A stretch of 64,000 nt of DNA from a virus. The stretch lies in IMG/VR virus record IMGVR_UViG_3300036715_002050, positions 1-64,000 of that record. One strand, given 5' to 3'. The notes beneath the pieces are model-generated. The model saw only the letters and a list, made by a program, of their open reading frames with translations, searched no databases and was not told the DNA's origin. Both the position numbers and the translations under genes were made by a program. This document shows, piece by piece, positions 1 through 9,642 of this stretch (its first letter is position 1; every line of letters starts with the position of its first letter).

Positions 1-1462
1 CACCAACAGTGATCCAGTTTGTACCATTTACAGTAGCTTGTAGAGACAATGCACCAGTATATACACCAGTTACTTGTACGGTAATCATACCCGCAGAGTT
101 TAAAGCAATCGACACAGCAGAACCAGCAGTAGCAGCACCAGCAGGCACTAAGTTCTGCGTAGTGATTGTACCTGACGCTACAACATCTGCTACAGCATTA
201 ACCGTTAGTCCGCTTTGATCACTTGCAATCGTTACTGGGAACGAAGAGGCCATTACATTTTGACCCAACGTAATAGCGGTCCCGTTAATTTCGTTAATAG
301 CCGTCTTGGTGTTGCCTAAGTTACTATTGGCGCGTGGACTGGTAGCCATGATACCGAATGTAGCATCAACCTTTAGCGTCGTTGTAGCAGAGCCCCCGTT
401 GTTAGTTACACGCAAACGGAAATAGTTACCAGGCAACGTTACGTTTTCGTTTAATGGAGCGCCAGCCGTACGTGTGAACGTATCTGTTGAGGAAAGCTGT
501 GCTCCCGCAAGATCAATAAATTGATCAATGTTTACTGTATAGGGCTGGTCACAAACAACTTCGATTTGGGCAGCCTGCAACGACAAGATCGTTTCGATTG
601 CGCCCGTAAAGGTTGCACCCGACGCTAGCTGAACAGAAGTAGAGTTGTTAGTTGAAGATGGGTAGTACAATTCGCCCTGAGCTACACGCAAACTGCCTGA
701 AGGGGTTTGTGACAATAGCTGGTTAGTGCCCGATGTATAAGTAGGTGGGGTGGTCGTTACGGCGGCAGATACAGGCTGAGTCGTTGCAGAACCATCAACG
801 GATACAACACCCGCAGCAGAAACTTTGATGGTTTGTAGTAATCCACCACCGTCAATACCACCTACAGCCATAGCCGTAGTAGGCGCAGCTACGCCATCAG
901 TACCAACGGCGGAAATCGTAGAAGTAACAGTTCCGCTTACCGGAATGGCTGACTGGTTGCTCGCAATAACCACGGGCGAAGACGACGCCATTACCGCTTG
1001 ACCTAACGCGGGGGTTTTGGTATTGATACTGGATAAGGAAGCGTTGCCAATTACTTGGTTCGCAGCAGTCGCATCGCCGCCGCCCCCGCCACCGCCCGAC
1101 GCTTCATAGAACGCGCCGTTGGGTTGCAATAAACGTACCGGGATGAAGTCCGTTAGCACGTCTTGTTGCTGAACGGTGATCGACGCAGACTTCGCCACGG
1201 TATACTGAGACAAATCCACGCCACCAGCGGCCACCAAACCTTGGGCATTAACTGGTGACAACCAAATCACGCCGCCCGTATCGATCTGACGTACCGCAAG
1301 ACGCTGGGATACCCCCACGCCATCGGAATCGTTTAACGTTACGAAAGCGTCAACCAAATAGTGTTCTGCATCGGCAGCAGAAATCGTGATGGAGCCCGTG
1401 GAAGTGCCGTCTGCGGTTAACGCAGCGGTCCAAGTGTTAAGCGTGAAAGAATATTGTTTCAT
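1..1462 (-). CDS. Virion structural / fibre-like protein, runs off the window edge (at least 487 aa, not in the ORF track)
   Basis: ATG at 1462 preceded by AAAGGA; frame MKQYSFTLNTWTAALTADG... stays open to position 2; Thr/Ser/Gly/Val-rich beta composition; internal repeat LGQxVMASSxPVxIASxQS. Confidence 0.8.
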   Translation of the reverse strand, partial: MKQYSFTLNTWTAALTADGTSTGSITISAADAEHYLVDAFVTLNDSDGVGVSQRLAVRQIDTGGVIWLSPVNAQGLVAAGGVDLSQYTVAKSASITVQQQDVLTDFIPVRLLQPNGAFYEASGGGGGGGDATAANQVIGNASLSSINTKTPALGQAVMASSSPVVIASNQSAIPVSGTVTSTISAVGTDGVAAPTTAMAVGGIDGGGLLQTIKVSAAGVVSVDGSATTQPVSAAVTTTPPTYTSGTNQLLSQTPSGSLRVAQGELYYPSSTNNSTSVQLASGATFTGAIETILSLQAAQIEVVCDQPYTVNIDQFIDLAGAQLSSTDTFTRTAGAPLNENVTLPGNYFRLRVTNNGGSATTTLKVDATFGIMATSPRANSNLGNTKTAINEINGTAITLGQNVMASSFPVTIASDQSGLTVNAVADVVASGTITTQNLVPAGAATAGSAVSIALNSAGMITVQVTGVYTGALSLQATVNGTNWITVG

Positions 1463-1480
1463 GGTAGTCCTTTGTCCAAC

Positions 1481-1487
1481 AAGATTA
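1481..1487 (-). promoter_or_regulatory. Candidate late promoter motif TAATCTT
   Basis: Same heptamer lies about 19-20 nt upstream of the start here and at 10649-10655; also present at 58794-58800. Confidence 0.5.
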
Positions 1488-1509
1488 TGGCGCAAAGGAC
1501 TGACTGACT

Positions 1510-1544
1510 AAAAAAGACACCTCACCGGTTAGAGTGGGGTGTCT
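1510..1544 (-). terminator. Rho-independent terminator
   Basis: Stem AGACACCTCAC / GTGGGGTGTCT followed on the minus strand by T6. Confidence 0.7.
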
Positions 1545-1546
1545 GG

Positions 1547-1815
1547 TTATTTGTGGGCTAGACGAATCCATCTTCTACTTCCACAATCGCTGATTTTATC
1601 CATTGCTTGTGGATCTTTGTCAAGTTTTGCTTGATAAGCGTTTTGTTGAGCTAAAAGCGGATTTAGTTTAAAATTCCGCTCTTTGCAAATACGTTTAAAT
1701 TTATTAACATCTAATCCATATTTTCACACAGCATCTTACGAGTAACACCTTTTTGTCTCTCCTCAAGTATTTGATTAATCATCTCTTCGGATAAGTCATA
1801 GGTTTTTCTAGTCAT
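1547..1815 (-). pseudogene. Frameshifted AT-rich HTH-like gene remnant (possibly a homing endonuclease fragment)
   Basis: ATG 1815 gives MTRKTYDLSEEMINQILEERQKGVTRKMLCE then an early stop; adding one A in the A4 run at 1721-1724 continues KYGLDVNKFKRICKERN... to TAA at 1547. Confidence 0.6.
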
Positions 1816-1821
1816 GCCACC

Positions 1822-1850
1822 ACTATAACACATGAGCCGCGCAAACACAA
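1822..1850 (-). promoter_or_regulatory. Sigma70-type promoter, leaderless transcript
   Basis: TTGTGT-17nt-TATAGT with extended TG; -10 ends 6 nt before ATG 1815. Confidence 0.6.
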
Positions 1851-1884
1851 AATAAAACGGCTGGTCCTGTACAGGACCAGCCGT
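1849..1884 (-). terminator. Terminator after the major capsid gene
   Basis: Perfect 28-bp palindrome ACGGCTGGTCCTGTACAGGACCAGCCGT (1857-1884) followed by a T-rich run on the minus strand. Confidence 0.8.
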
Positions 1885-1911
1885 AAGTTATTGATTTAAT
1901 TCAGGAATTAA

Positions 1912-3315
1912 TTAAAGATTTCCAATCAGGTTATCTACCAACACGTTCTTGCGTGGTTCGAACATAGCCAACGTGCAGAAACGGAAGTGGATTTCGCTGG
2001 ACGTCAAGTCTTGGATACCGACCTTCTTACGGGAGTAAGGAGACAATTCCGGCATCTTCATCGTATCAGCCGACAACATGAATCCCGTTACGAACCCAGG
2101 AAGCTTGTTACCCAAGTCCGTGAAGACCGTGGTACCTGCGCCGGAGTTAGCTACCTTGCCGATGAACTTAATCGTAGAAGCAGCGCCGGAAGCAGTGGAA
2201 CGATAGACGTTGAAGTAAGCTACGCCGCCCGTGCCTGGGGGAGTAATCGTCACGGTGACTTGGTTCGCGTTCGTGGCCACAGTGATGCTGGACGTGGCGG
2301 ATTGTACGGATTCACCGATTTGGTTGACGCTGGTCACGTAGTATTGGAATACCGTACCTGCCGTGAAAGCGGTCGAACCTGCAGCTTGCGCTAGAGCGAT
2401 GGTCGATGCAGCAGGACCGTTGCTACGAGCGCGTTGTGGCTGGGTCTTAGCACGCAAGAATTGGGAGGCTTCCAAGCTTACTTCGCCACCGGCTACCCAG
2501 TTCTTACGCACGTCTTGACCAACAGCCGTTTGTGGGCTAGAACCTAACACGTTACGTTGGTTCACGGCTTGAGCTTGCGAGAACGCCGACAAGGTAATTG
2601 GATCAATGATCAACTTGTCCGGGCTACCGAAGTTCAACTTCGCACGCAAGTGAGCGTTTTCAATCGTCAACTGCGTCAAAATCCCGTTGCCAGGGATTAC
2701 GACAGATTGGCTGGACCCGTATTCGGAGAACATCAAGTCCTGGGTGTTGCTGTCCGCGTCAGACTGACGGATCTGAGGATCGATGCCCAACATGTTGGGC
2801 AACTTCGGGATGGCTAGCTGGTTACCATCGAACACGCCCGTGTTGCTGAAGTCGGCCTTACCACGGAACAAGTCCAATTCGATATCAGCAGACAACTTGA
2901 TTGCGGCGTCGGAGGCTACGCGGTCTTCTGCGCGCTTACCGTCAACCGTGTCAATCATGTTCGCAGCATCGGTCACACGACGGATCGTGGTGTAGAAAGC
3001 CATCGGCACCACGGCACGTACGTAGTCAGAGTCATCGTACTGTCCAGCAACACCTTCAGGCTGCGCTGAACCACCAAACGTACCATAGCTTAGCTGACGG
3101 TTCCATTGGAACGTTAGAGCCTTGCAAGGCATGGTGCTTACTTCCTTCTGCAAGATCAAATCCTTGCTTTGGAAGGTAACATTGCGCATTTGGATGTCCA
3201 AATTTTCAATGTTAAGTGCTGCACCTTGAGAGTACAAAGAAGGGGTGCTACCATACGTACCCGCTTCCAACGTTTTTCTTAGATTTGCAATTTCTGCAGA
3301 AAATGTATCGGCCAT
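1912..3315 (-). CDS. Major capsid protein, SPO1/Twort (Herelleviridae)-like
   Basis: ALNIENLD..MRNVTF, YG..GGS...EG...DS.Y.R..V.M.F and FCTLAMFEPRKNVLVDN resemble Twort/SPO1-type capsid proteins; FN3-like insert (YYVTSVN..GES, FNVYRS); follows scaffold, protease and portal. Confidence 0.88.
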   Translation of the reverse strand: MADTFSAEIANLRKTLEAGTYGSTPSLYSQGAALNIENLDIQMRNVTFQSKDLILQKEVSTMPCKALTFQWNRQLSYGTFGGSAQPEGVAGQYDDSDYVRAVVPMAFYTTIRRVTDAANMIDTVDGKRAEDRVASDAAIKLSADIELDLFRGKADFSNTGVFDGNQLAIPKLPNMLGIDPQIRQSDADSNTQDLMFSEYGSSQSVVIPGNGILTQLTIENAHLRAKLNFGSPDKLIIDPITLSAFSQAQAVNQRNVLGSSPQTAVGQDVRKNWVAGGEVSLEASQFLRAKTQPQRARSNGPAASTIALAQAAGSTAFTAGTVFQYYVTSVNQIGESVQSATSSITVATNANQVTVTITPPGTGGVAYFNVYRSTASGAASTIKFIGKVANSGAGTTVFTDLGNKLPGFVTGFMLSADTMKMPELSPYSRKKVGIQDLTSSEIHFRFCTLAMFEPRKNVLVDNLIGNL

Positions 3316-3338
3316 TGTTGAGTCCTTTCCTAGTTACG

Positions 3339-3365
3339 ACGGGTTAAAGCGGGCGGTTAACCCGT
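3339..3365 (-). other. Stem-loop between scaffold and capsid genes
   Basis: ACGGGTTAA...TTAACCCGT inverted repeat just upstream of the capsid RBS, no U-tract; may stabilise or process the mRNA. Confidence 0.4.
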
Positions 3366-3369
3366 TTGG

Positions 3370-4263
3370 TTACTTGGTTAATAGTGCAGCAAGCTCTGGA
3401 GTAACAACTTCACCAGATGAGTTCATAAAGATGTTGATTCCTTGACGTTCAGCCTTGGTTAGAGGTTGGGCTATTACTTTGTCCAACTTCGCACGCATTT
3501 CTTGCTTCGTCATGTTAGACAAATCAACCTTGTCTTCAGACTTAGCTAAAGGAGCCGCCACAACAGCACGAGCCGGTTCCTGAACGAAAGTCTTCTTCAA
3601 AATTGCAGTCACGTCTTCAAAGTTCTTCTTCAACGAAGCGATTTCTTCGCGTAACGCTGCTGCTTCTGACTTAGCCATACCGTCTCCTTCTTCGGGCGCG
3701 GGTTCGGCGCCAGGTTCACCAGCAGCAGGAGCTTCCGTTCCTGCAGCGTCCATCGGTGGTTGAGCCATGGAAGCGGCTTCTGCAGATTCTCCGGCAGGTG
3801 CTCCGCCGCCTAATCCTTCAGCAGCAGCGCCACCCATCATCCCTAGATCGTCGCCATCGCCGTCACCTTGAGACATCAAAGGCACTAGGACAGCCATCAT
3901 TGCTTCAATGTGATCTCGGAAATCTTCGCGGGACAATGACGCGTAATAAGAGTGCAAGTCTTCTGCGGCTTCGGGTGCTGCTCCGCCGCCATCCATACCT
4001 GCACCGCCATCGGGAATTCCTTCGGCTGGTGCTCCGCCGTCGTCTGCTCCACCATCTGTCGCAGATGGTTCTGAAGGCTTCTCTTCGGCTGGAGCTTCTT
4101 CTGGTGCCGGGGCGGGCTTGTCGTCTTCCTTCGCTAACTTTTCAGGCATCTTGCCTTTTTCAGCTTTCTCTAAAGTCTTATCGGAAGAAGCTTTGGCAAT
4201 TTGAATTGCAACGCCTTCAACTAGCGAAAGAAGATCCTTTTCGGTGTATCCTTGTTGAGCCAT
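3370..4263 (-). CDS. Capsid scaffolding / core protein
   Basis: Acidic Ala/Gly/Pro low-complexity protein with a coiled-coil C-terminus directly upstream of the capsid gene; repeated LxK(S/A) motifs. Confidence 0.7.
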   Translation of the reverse strand: MAQQGYTEKDLLSLVEGVAIQIAKASSDKTLEKAEKGKMPEKLAKEDDKPAPAPEEAPAEEKPSEPSATDGGADDGGAPAEGIPDGGAGMDGGGAAPEAAEDLHSYYASLSREDFRDHIEAMMAVLVPLMSQGDGDGDDLGMMGGAAAEGLGGGAPAGESAEAASMAQPPMDAAGTEAPAAGEPGAEPAPEEGDGMAKSEAAALREEIASLKKNFEDVTAILKKTFVQEPARAVVAAPLAKSEDKVDLSNMTKQEMRAKLDKVIAQPLTKAERQGINIFMNSSGEVVTPELAALLTK

Positions 4264-4292
4264 GATTGGATCTCCTTTCTTAAGCCAGTTGA

Positions 4293-4766
4293 TTAGGTGG
4301 TTAGCATGCCTGGGAATTGCGTCGAGTCGAAGGTCGATACCGGAACGCCCGTGATACCAGCAACAGAAACCGCCACAGTGTTAGCCGTCAAATACAATTC
4401 GGTCGAAGCTCCAAACGCGGTAAACAAACCGGTTAGCTGGAAGAAGTTGGCCGCCGTCAACAAAACAACGTTGGCGATAGTCGAAGTCTCCAACACAATT
4501 TGGACTTGGTGAGGACCGTAGGACGTTTGCGTGATACCCAACGCGTCAACTACCGGACCGGGACCACCTGAATATACCGGACCTACCGCTTGTGGCTGGA
4601 TACGTACGAAAGCCGATTGAGAACCAGCCGTGCCTGCACCGATTGCTAAGGTTGGGTTACCGTTGGTATCAAAGCCTGCCGTCACAGCTAACGCCGACAA
4701 ACGTAACGCCAAAATGTCTTTAGCAACGCGCGCAATTGCTTGCGACTTTTTATCTGGAAGTGCCAT
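4293..4766 (-). CDS. Small virion protein (head decoration or auxiliary candidate)
   Basis: SD AAAGGA; hydrophobic beta-rich 157 aa protein inside the head module. Confidence 0.55.
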   Translation of the reverse strand: MALPDKKSQAIARVAKDILALRLSALAVTAGFDTNGNPTLAIGAGTAGSQSAFVRIQPQAVGPVYSGGPGPVVDALGITQTSYGPHQVQIVLETSTIANVVLLTAANFFQLTGLFTAFGASTELYLTANTVAVSVAGITGVPVSTFDSTQFPGMLTT

Positions 4767-4916
4767 TTATTTGATCCTTTCTTACAACATAAGTCGTTTA
4801 GAGCAGCGCGGTGCGCGGCGATTTACGTAAAGTCACAATATCCTTTACATAACAATAGATTGCGGACCGGGCGATTTGGTTTATAAAACTTGAACAGATG
4901 TGTTAATCTGTTGCCC

Positions 4917-5228
4917 ATGAACGAAGATTCCAATAAAAACCCGTGCCCAAAATGCTCTAAACCGTGGTCCCGAAAGCTCTTTAATAAGTCACAAAAGTAT
5001 TGCCGAGAATGTGCCGCAGAATATGCCGCACAGTATTATGCAGACAAATGCGGGTGGACCCCGTGTGCTCAATGCGGTAAACGCCGTAAGTTAGATGAGT
5101 GGTCCAAATGCTCCAAGTGTGCACCAGTCCATAGATGCATTAAATGTGCCAAAGTCCTCTTAGCCATCCTGTTTTACGCAAATAGAAAGGTCTGTGTCGG
5201 GTGTTACCACCCAAAGACACAGACCTAA
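4917..5228 (+). CDS. Cys-rich multi-zinc-finger protein, opposite strand inside the head module
   Basis: Six CxxC pairs; likely start is ATG 4917, 7 nt after TGtTAATCT (leaderless), rather than TTG 4890. Confidence 0.65.
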   Translation: MNEDSNKNPCPKCSKPWSRKLFNKSQKYCRECAAEYAAQYYADKCGWTPCAQCGKRRKLDEWSKCSKCAPVHRCIKCAKVLLAILFYANRKVCVGCYHPKTQT

Positions 5229-5243
5229 TTTTTTTGTGCATAA

Positions 5244-5594
5244 TTATTTAGGCGCTTGTTGTTTTGCGTAATTAATCATACGTCCAATATCGTCCGGCAG
5301 CCCTTCAGTTTCATATAAAGGGATGTGGTCGGTCATACCTAACGCTTCTGCCACTTTATGTGTACAATGACTACAATTGCCATTTGGCATAGACTGTATG
5401 TGTGCATCTAGCGGGTGGGGCTGAAACTGTGATTGAAGTTGATATTGTAGACCCTTTTTAGGAGCGAGCCTTTTTGGCGGAACTCCATTTGGAACATGTT
5501 TCCACATTAAAGCAGTTAGTTTATCACCAATCCCTTCATGTTTTTTATTTTGGATGTAATGTGGCTGTGCCACCGCCGGATCCATAACGGACAT
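5244..5594 (-). CDS. Hypothetical protein, in frame with and possibly the C-terminus of the prohead protease gene
   Basis: 24 sense codons separate the protease TAA (5667) from ATG 5594 in the same frame; no well-spaced SD. Confidence 0.55.
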   Translation of the reverse strand: MSVMDPAVAQPHYIQNKKHEGIGDKLTALMWKHVPNGVPPKRLAPKKGLQYQLQSQFQPHPLDAHIQSMPNGNCSHCTHKVAEALGMTDHIPLYETEGLPDDIGRMINYAKQQAPK

Positions 5595-5666
5595 TCCACC
5601 ATTGTGGAAACCTGCTGCTAGCCAGTGTTCATCACGAGCGTCATCCAGAGCGCCATGGACAGCATC

Positions 5667-7619
5667 TTAATTGAACTTAGGCAAGGTTGGGTCGTGCTTT
5701 TCTAGCTTTTCTTTGGGCGCCGCTTTAGAAGTCTTACGCTTGATATCCAATGAACGCATGCGCAACACACGCGGATCAACTTTGACCTTGGGAGTCATTC
5801 GTTCGAAGTTTTCGACTATGTGCGAATCTTTCAAATTTGTTTTATCCGGGACTTCTTCCAACTTTTTATCGGACTTATCGGCTTTCTTGGCTAAAGCCGC
5901 TCCTTGCGTGCGCATCCCGGGCGCAGTTACCGCTACACCCGATCCAGCCGTTTCCGTCTTCCACATTGCCCCTTCTGCTGCGTCCGCTTGCATTTGGGCT
6001 TGGTCGTTACTTGAACCAATAACCTGTTTGGCAACATGGGCTTGTAAAGCATTTTGACAATGCTTGCAATTGTATAGTTGGTTGTGAGGATCACGGGTTA
6101 TTTGACCATCTAGTGGCAAAGGGCGACCTAAATTTTCTGGCTTGTAACGATCAATCCATTCCGGGTAGCGTGGATGTTCTGGTTCTCCTGGCGAAACAGG
6201 GTTTTCTGGAGATTGGTCCAGCAGTTTTTGCTGGACACCATTATGCATATCCAATCCCAAGGCGTGCAAGTTTTTAATCTTAGGATCGTCGGTGCGATTT
6301 AACCCGTCTCGATGGTGCTTTTTAGCAAAGGCATGTTCATCATACAGTCTTTGAAAAAGCTGTTGAGTTGACTCTCCGCTGTCACTGTATCCACTATTGC
6401 TAGTCGCAGTAGGCATAGACAAAATAGGCAAAGCCTTTTGCATAGGTGCGGGCTGCCCTTGGGGTGCTTGCGGGGTAGGTGGTTGTTGCTGGGCGTCTTG
6501 TTGCTGTTGCGCTGACTGCGCCACTTGCATCTGCGCTTTGGGTGACGTAGGGCTGGGCGTGGCACCTAACGACAACCCGCCCAGTGTTTGTACCGGCGAA
6601 ATCATCGAGTCCATTGGGTGATGCTGTCCCACTACCGAATCCGGGTGCGCATTACGGAACTTGTTTTTCAATTCCGACACCATGTCTTTTTCTACGAACA
6701 ATTGCGCAGCTTGTGGTGAGTAACCATGGCGTTGCGCAAACAACTTGGCCGCTTGACCAACGTGGTGCTCTGCTTTTGCTGCATGTTGCGTCGCTTCCAT
6801 GATGTGCTGGATTGGTTTGCCGTCCGGACCCAACTTTTGTTCGCCACCTGTTTGCTGATGGCGTGATTCGGCAATCTTTGCGGCCAACAAATGGTGGGCA
6901 GCAGCATTCACCAAAGAAGCATATTTTTGTTGGTCTGGATCAATGAATTCCATCGGTTCCATGAACTTCGCCAACAATCCCGGCTGAGAGAAGGTGTCGG
7001 AGTAATAGAACGGACTTTCGTACTTGGACAACACCACGTCCGCTGACGACTTGATCAATACGATCTTGGATTCGGGCGTCACTTCCGTTTTCTTATCTTC
7101 GTACACACCCGACACAGCCGCAGCATTGCACGGCTTAATCGTACAAGCCACGTGCTTTACCACGCAAGCCGTGATATTGCCGGACTTATCTTTTTCTAAG
7201 GTGTCTCCTTCCACAGAATACTGGATGCGGATTGGCAACCCACGCTTTTGGTAGTATCGGATGATAGCCGCAGTCTCTTGCGCTCCACGATGCCCTTCTT
7301 CGTCAAACAGTTCCCCGACGATATACAAAAAGGGCGCTTGGATGTAGTCCCAATAAGTCTTGATACGCTCGTCGTCACCGGCATCTTTCTTGGTGAAAAT
7401 CTTTTTGGCTTCCAAGATTTTACCAATCAAAGTTCCAAACGTGGAGCGCTCAGCCTTTTCGTCCGAGTCCCCCTCTTTCTTGCCGGGCATCACATGCTCC
7501 ACATTAAGCATGCCCTTCCCCTCCTCTAACGAAGAAATATCCATACCCTTCAAGGAGACTGTTTCGCCAGACTTATCCGGGATTTCCGGATTGGCGATTC
7601 CATCGATCTTCAAACCCAT
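5667..7619 (-). CDS. Prohead protease (HK97/S78-like N-terminal domain) with a long C-terminal extension
   Basis: DKSGE, LNVEH, YSVEG and VACTIKPCNAAA motifs of phage maturation proteases in the first ~175 aa; follows the portal gene. Confidence 0.85.
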   Translation of the reverse strand: MGLKIDGIANPEIPDKSGETVSLKGMDISSLEEGKGMLNVEHVMPGKKEGDSDEKAERSTFGTLIGKILEAKKIFTKKDAGDDERIKTYWDYIQAPFLYIVGELFDEEGHRGAQETAAIIRYYQKRGLPIRIQYSVEGDTLEKDKSGNITACVVKHVACTIKPCNAAAVSGVYEDKKTEVTPESKIVLIKSSADVVLSKYESPFYYSDTFSQPGLLAKFMEPMEFIDPDQQKYASLVNAAAHHLLAAKIAESRHQQTGGEQKLGPDGKPIQHIMEATQHAAKAEHHVGQAAKLFAQRHGYSPQAAQLFVEKDMVSELKNKFRNAHPDSVVGQHHPMDSMISPVQTLGGLSLGATPSPTSPKAQMQVAQSAQQQQDAQQQPPTPQAPQGQPAPMQKALPILSMPTATSNSGYSDSGESTQQLFQRLYDEHAFAKKHHRDGLNRTDDPKIKNLHALGLDMHNGVQQKLLDQSPENPVSPGEPEHPRYPEWIDRYKPENLGRPLPLDGQITRDPHNQLYNCKHCQNALQAHVAKQVIGSSNDQAQMQADAAEGAMWKTETAGSGVAVTAPGMRTQGAALAKKADKSDKKLEEVPDKTNLKDSHIVENFERMTPKVKVDPRVLRMRSLDIKRKTSKAAPKEKLEKHDPTLPKFN

Positions 7620-7621
7620 AA

Positions 7622-9634
7622 TTACTCCTTGAATAGCTTCTTCAACAATTGACGCGTTGCTTCTACTTCCGCTTCAGACTTGTGGAATTCTTTGGAAATA
7701 GCTTCCAAACCACCCATCACGTCGTTAAACGAAATGTCCTTAGAAGAGACTTCTGAAACCGGATACGATTGCTTACCGGATTGGTCGCCCTTTTGAGCCT
7801 GGTCGTCCCCGGCCTCTTCCTTTGATGCTTGGTCGCCACCACCTGGCGCCGGTTGCTGTGCTTGCTGTTGCGCTTCGGCTTGCATCTGCTTGGCTTGCAT
7901 GTCCATCTGCTGCTTTTGCATGTCTAGCTGGTTCAAGAACTGAATCCACTGATACCAAAAGGTATTTTGGATAAATTGGTACTTCGGGTCTAACGCTGCT
8001 CCCTTAACCCCGAAGACTTCTTCCAAAATCACACCATAGGGCACGTAGTTTTCGATGATCCCCTTGATAGCCGGGTTCATAGGGAAGTTGCCACCCAGTC
8101 GGTCCGGCAACGCTTCTTTCTCCACCAACGAATAAAGCTCGTTCGGCGTCATGTGAAGTTGAGATTCGATTTGCAGACGTTGGGACTCTTTATCTTGGTC
8201 TACTTTGTCCAAGCCTAACAAATCCACGTAACAGATTTCCGCCAACTCTGGAGCGATCAACGGGAAAATACGGTGGTTGATGAAATCTTGTAAATCCAAC
8301 AACAAAGGTTTGATGCCAGCATCACGTGCTGCTTCTAGTTGGTAGGAATTGCTGGTTTCAGACAACGCTTGACTTTGCGTACCACGGCTCAAATAAGCGT
8401 ACCCGGGGATTTCGACTGGATCCATTTGGAATGCAGACAAAATGATGCGGATGTTGGAGTCATAAAGGTATTGGAACTCCATGTCCTTTTGGCCGGTGTC
8501 CAATGGTTGCCAATTGATTTCGTCGTCCGGACCGATGTTAAAAATCGGTGCGCGCCAAGCATTTTGAGCGCTATTGATAGATGCGTTAAAGTGCTGACGC
8601 AAGTCTTCCAAAGCTTCGTCGTCCACCGCAGATGATTTGATAACCATCATCCCTTTGGTAGCTCGACCGGACTGGAAGTACATCTTATTGTATGTCGTGA
8701 TGTTCAAATGTGTGATCACGTCATTGATTACTTTATCAATAGGCGTCGGTGGATACCCAACCAAGTCTACATTGGTTGTCGGGAACAAGTTGTGCACGAT
8801 CAACTCTTTGTCCGTGAACGCTTGCAACGGCTTCCCATTGATCACTTGGATGTAGGAGTATTCGTTTTTGCGCCATCTATCCAACACGATGGGCGCTACG
8901 ACATCTTCGTTGATTTTGCCGAAGATTTGGTCTAGAGTCTTGTTGGCGTTGTTACGGATGGCTTGCGCTTCTGACCCACCATGCGTAGCAAAGTAAATCG
9001 TACCGGAGTCGACCGGGCGAAATCTGCCGAAAGACTCTTGCTGTGTCGCCGCGTTTTTGCGCTGGATAATTTCTGTAGCAAAGCGACCGAACAACAAGCC
9101 GTCTTGAATAGACAAGCGCAAAAATTGTGGGAAGGTCATGTACTGATTGGGATTCAAATTGTCCAAATGTCCACACGTATATAACAACTTGGACGCTTTT
9201 TCGATCTGCTCCAAAATCTCCTTGCGCTTTTCGGACTTCAAGCCGCGTTCTAATTGCGGCTTGATCGTGATTTTGTACCCAAACGCAAAACGGTCTTTTT
9301 GAGGACGACCGAACATAGAGATTTGGTTAGCTCGGACTTGCAAAATGATAGCGATCAACGGGTCTTGTAAGGACACGCGCTTCAACAACACGTCGGGCAC
9401 CAAGTATTGCTTGGGTTGGTACACCGATGCATAAATGTTGATCAAGTTCGGATCTACTTCGAAAGCTTTACGGGTCGAAGATTGGATCTTGTAGTGGTTA
9501 GTTTGCTCGCCTACAATGAACTCTTTCAAATTCTTTTCCAAAGAAACAGATTCAAGCTGTGCAGCCTTGATCGACTCTTTGTCGTCTTTTTTTAAAGACT
9601 TTAACGCATAGTGAAATTTAGATTTTGGTGCCAT
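7622..9634 (-). CDS. Portal protein
   Basis: FRPVDSGTI, GYPPTPI, YF..G...KG, DMEFQ, AFQMDPVEI and MTPNE motifs; Gln-rich C-terminal tail; between terminase and protease. Confidence 0.9.
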   Translation of the reverse strand: MAPKSKFHYALKSLKKDDKESIKAAQLESVSLEKNLKEFIVGEQTNHYKIQSSTRKAFEVDPNLINIYASVYQPKQYLVPDVLLKRVSLQDPLIAIILQVRANQISMFGRPQKDRFAFGYKITIKPQLERGLKSEKRKEILEQIEKASKLLYTCGHLDNLNPNQYMTFPQFLRLSIQDGLLFGRFATEIIQRKNAATQQESFGRFRPVDSGTIYFATHGGSEAQAIRNNANKTLDQIFGKINEDVVAPIVLDRWRKNEYSYIQVINGKPLQAFTDKELIVHNLFPTTNVDLVGYPPTPIDKVINDVITHLNITTYNKMYFQSGRATKGMMVIKSSAVDDEALEDLRQHFNASINSAQNAWRAPIFNIGPDDEINWQPLDTGQKDMEFQYLYDSNIRIILSAFQMDPVEIPGYAYLSRGTQSQALSETSNSYQLEAARDAGIKPLLLDLQDFINHRIFPLIAPELAEICYVDLLGLDKVDQDKESQRLQIESQLHMTPNELYSLVEKEALPDRLGGNFPMNPAIKGIIENYVPYGVILEEVFGVKGAALDPKYQFIQNTFWYQWIQFLNQLDMQKQQMDMQAKQMQAEAQQQAQQPAPGGGDQASKEEAGDDQAQKGDQSGKQSYPVSEVSSKDISFNDVMGGLEAISKEFHKSEAEVEATRQLLKKLFKE

Positions 9635-9642
9635 AACGACCT

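Noticed and set aside
9-218. Plus-strand 69-aa ORF and the many similar antisense ORFs in the track
   Set aside because: They are shadows of longer motif-bearing genes on the opposite strand
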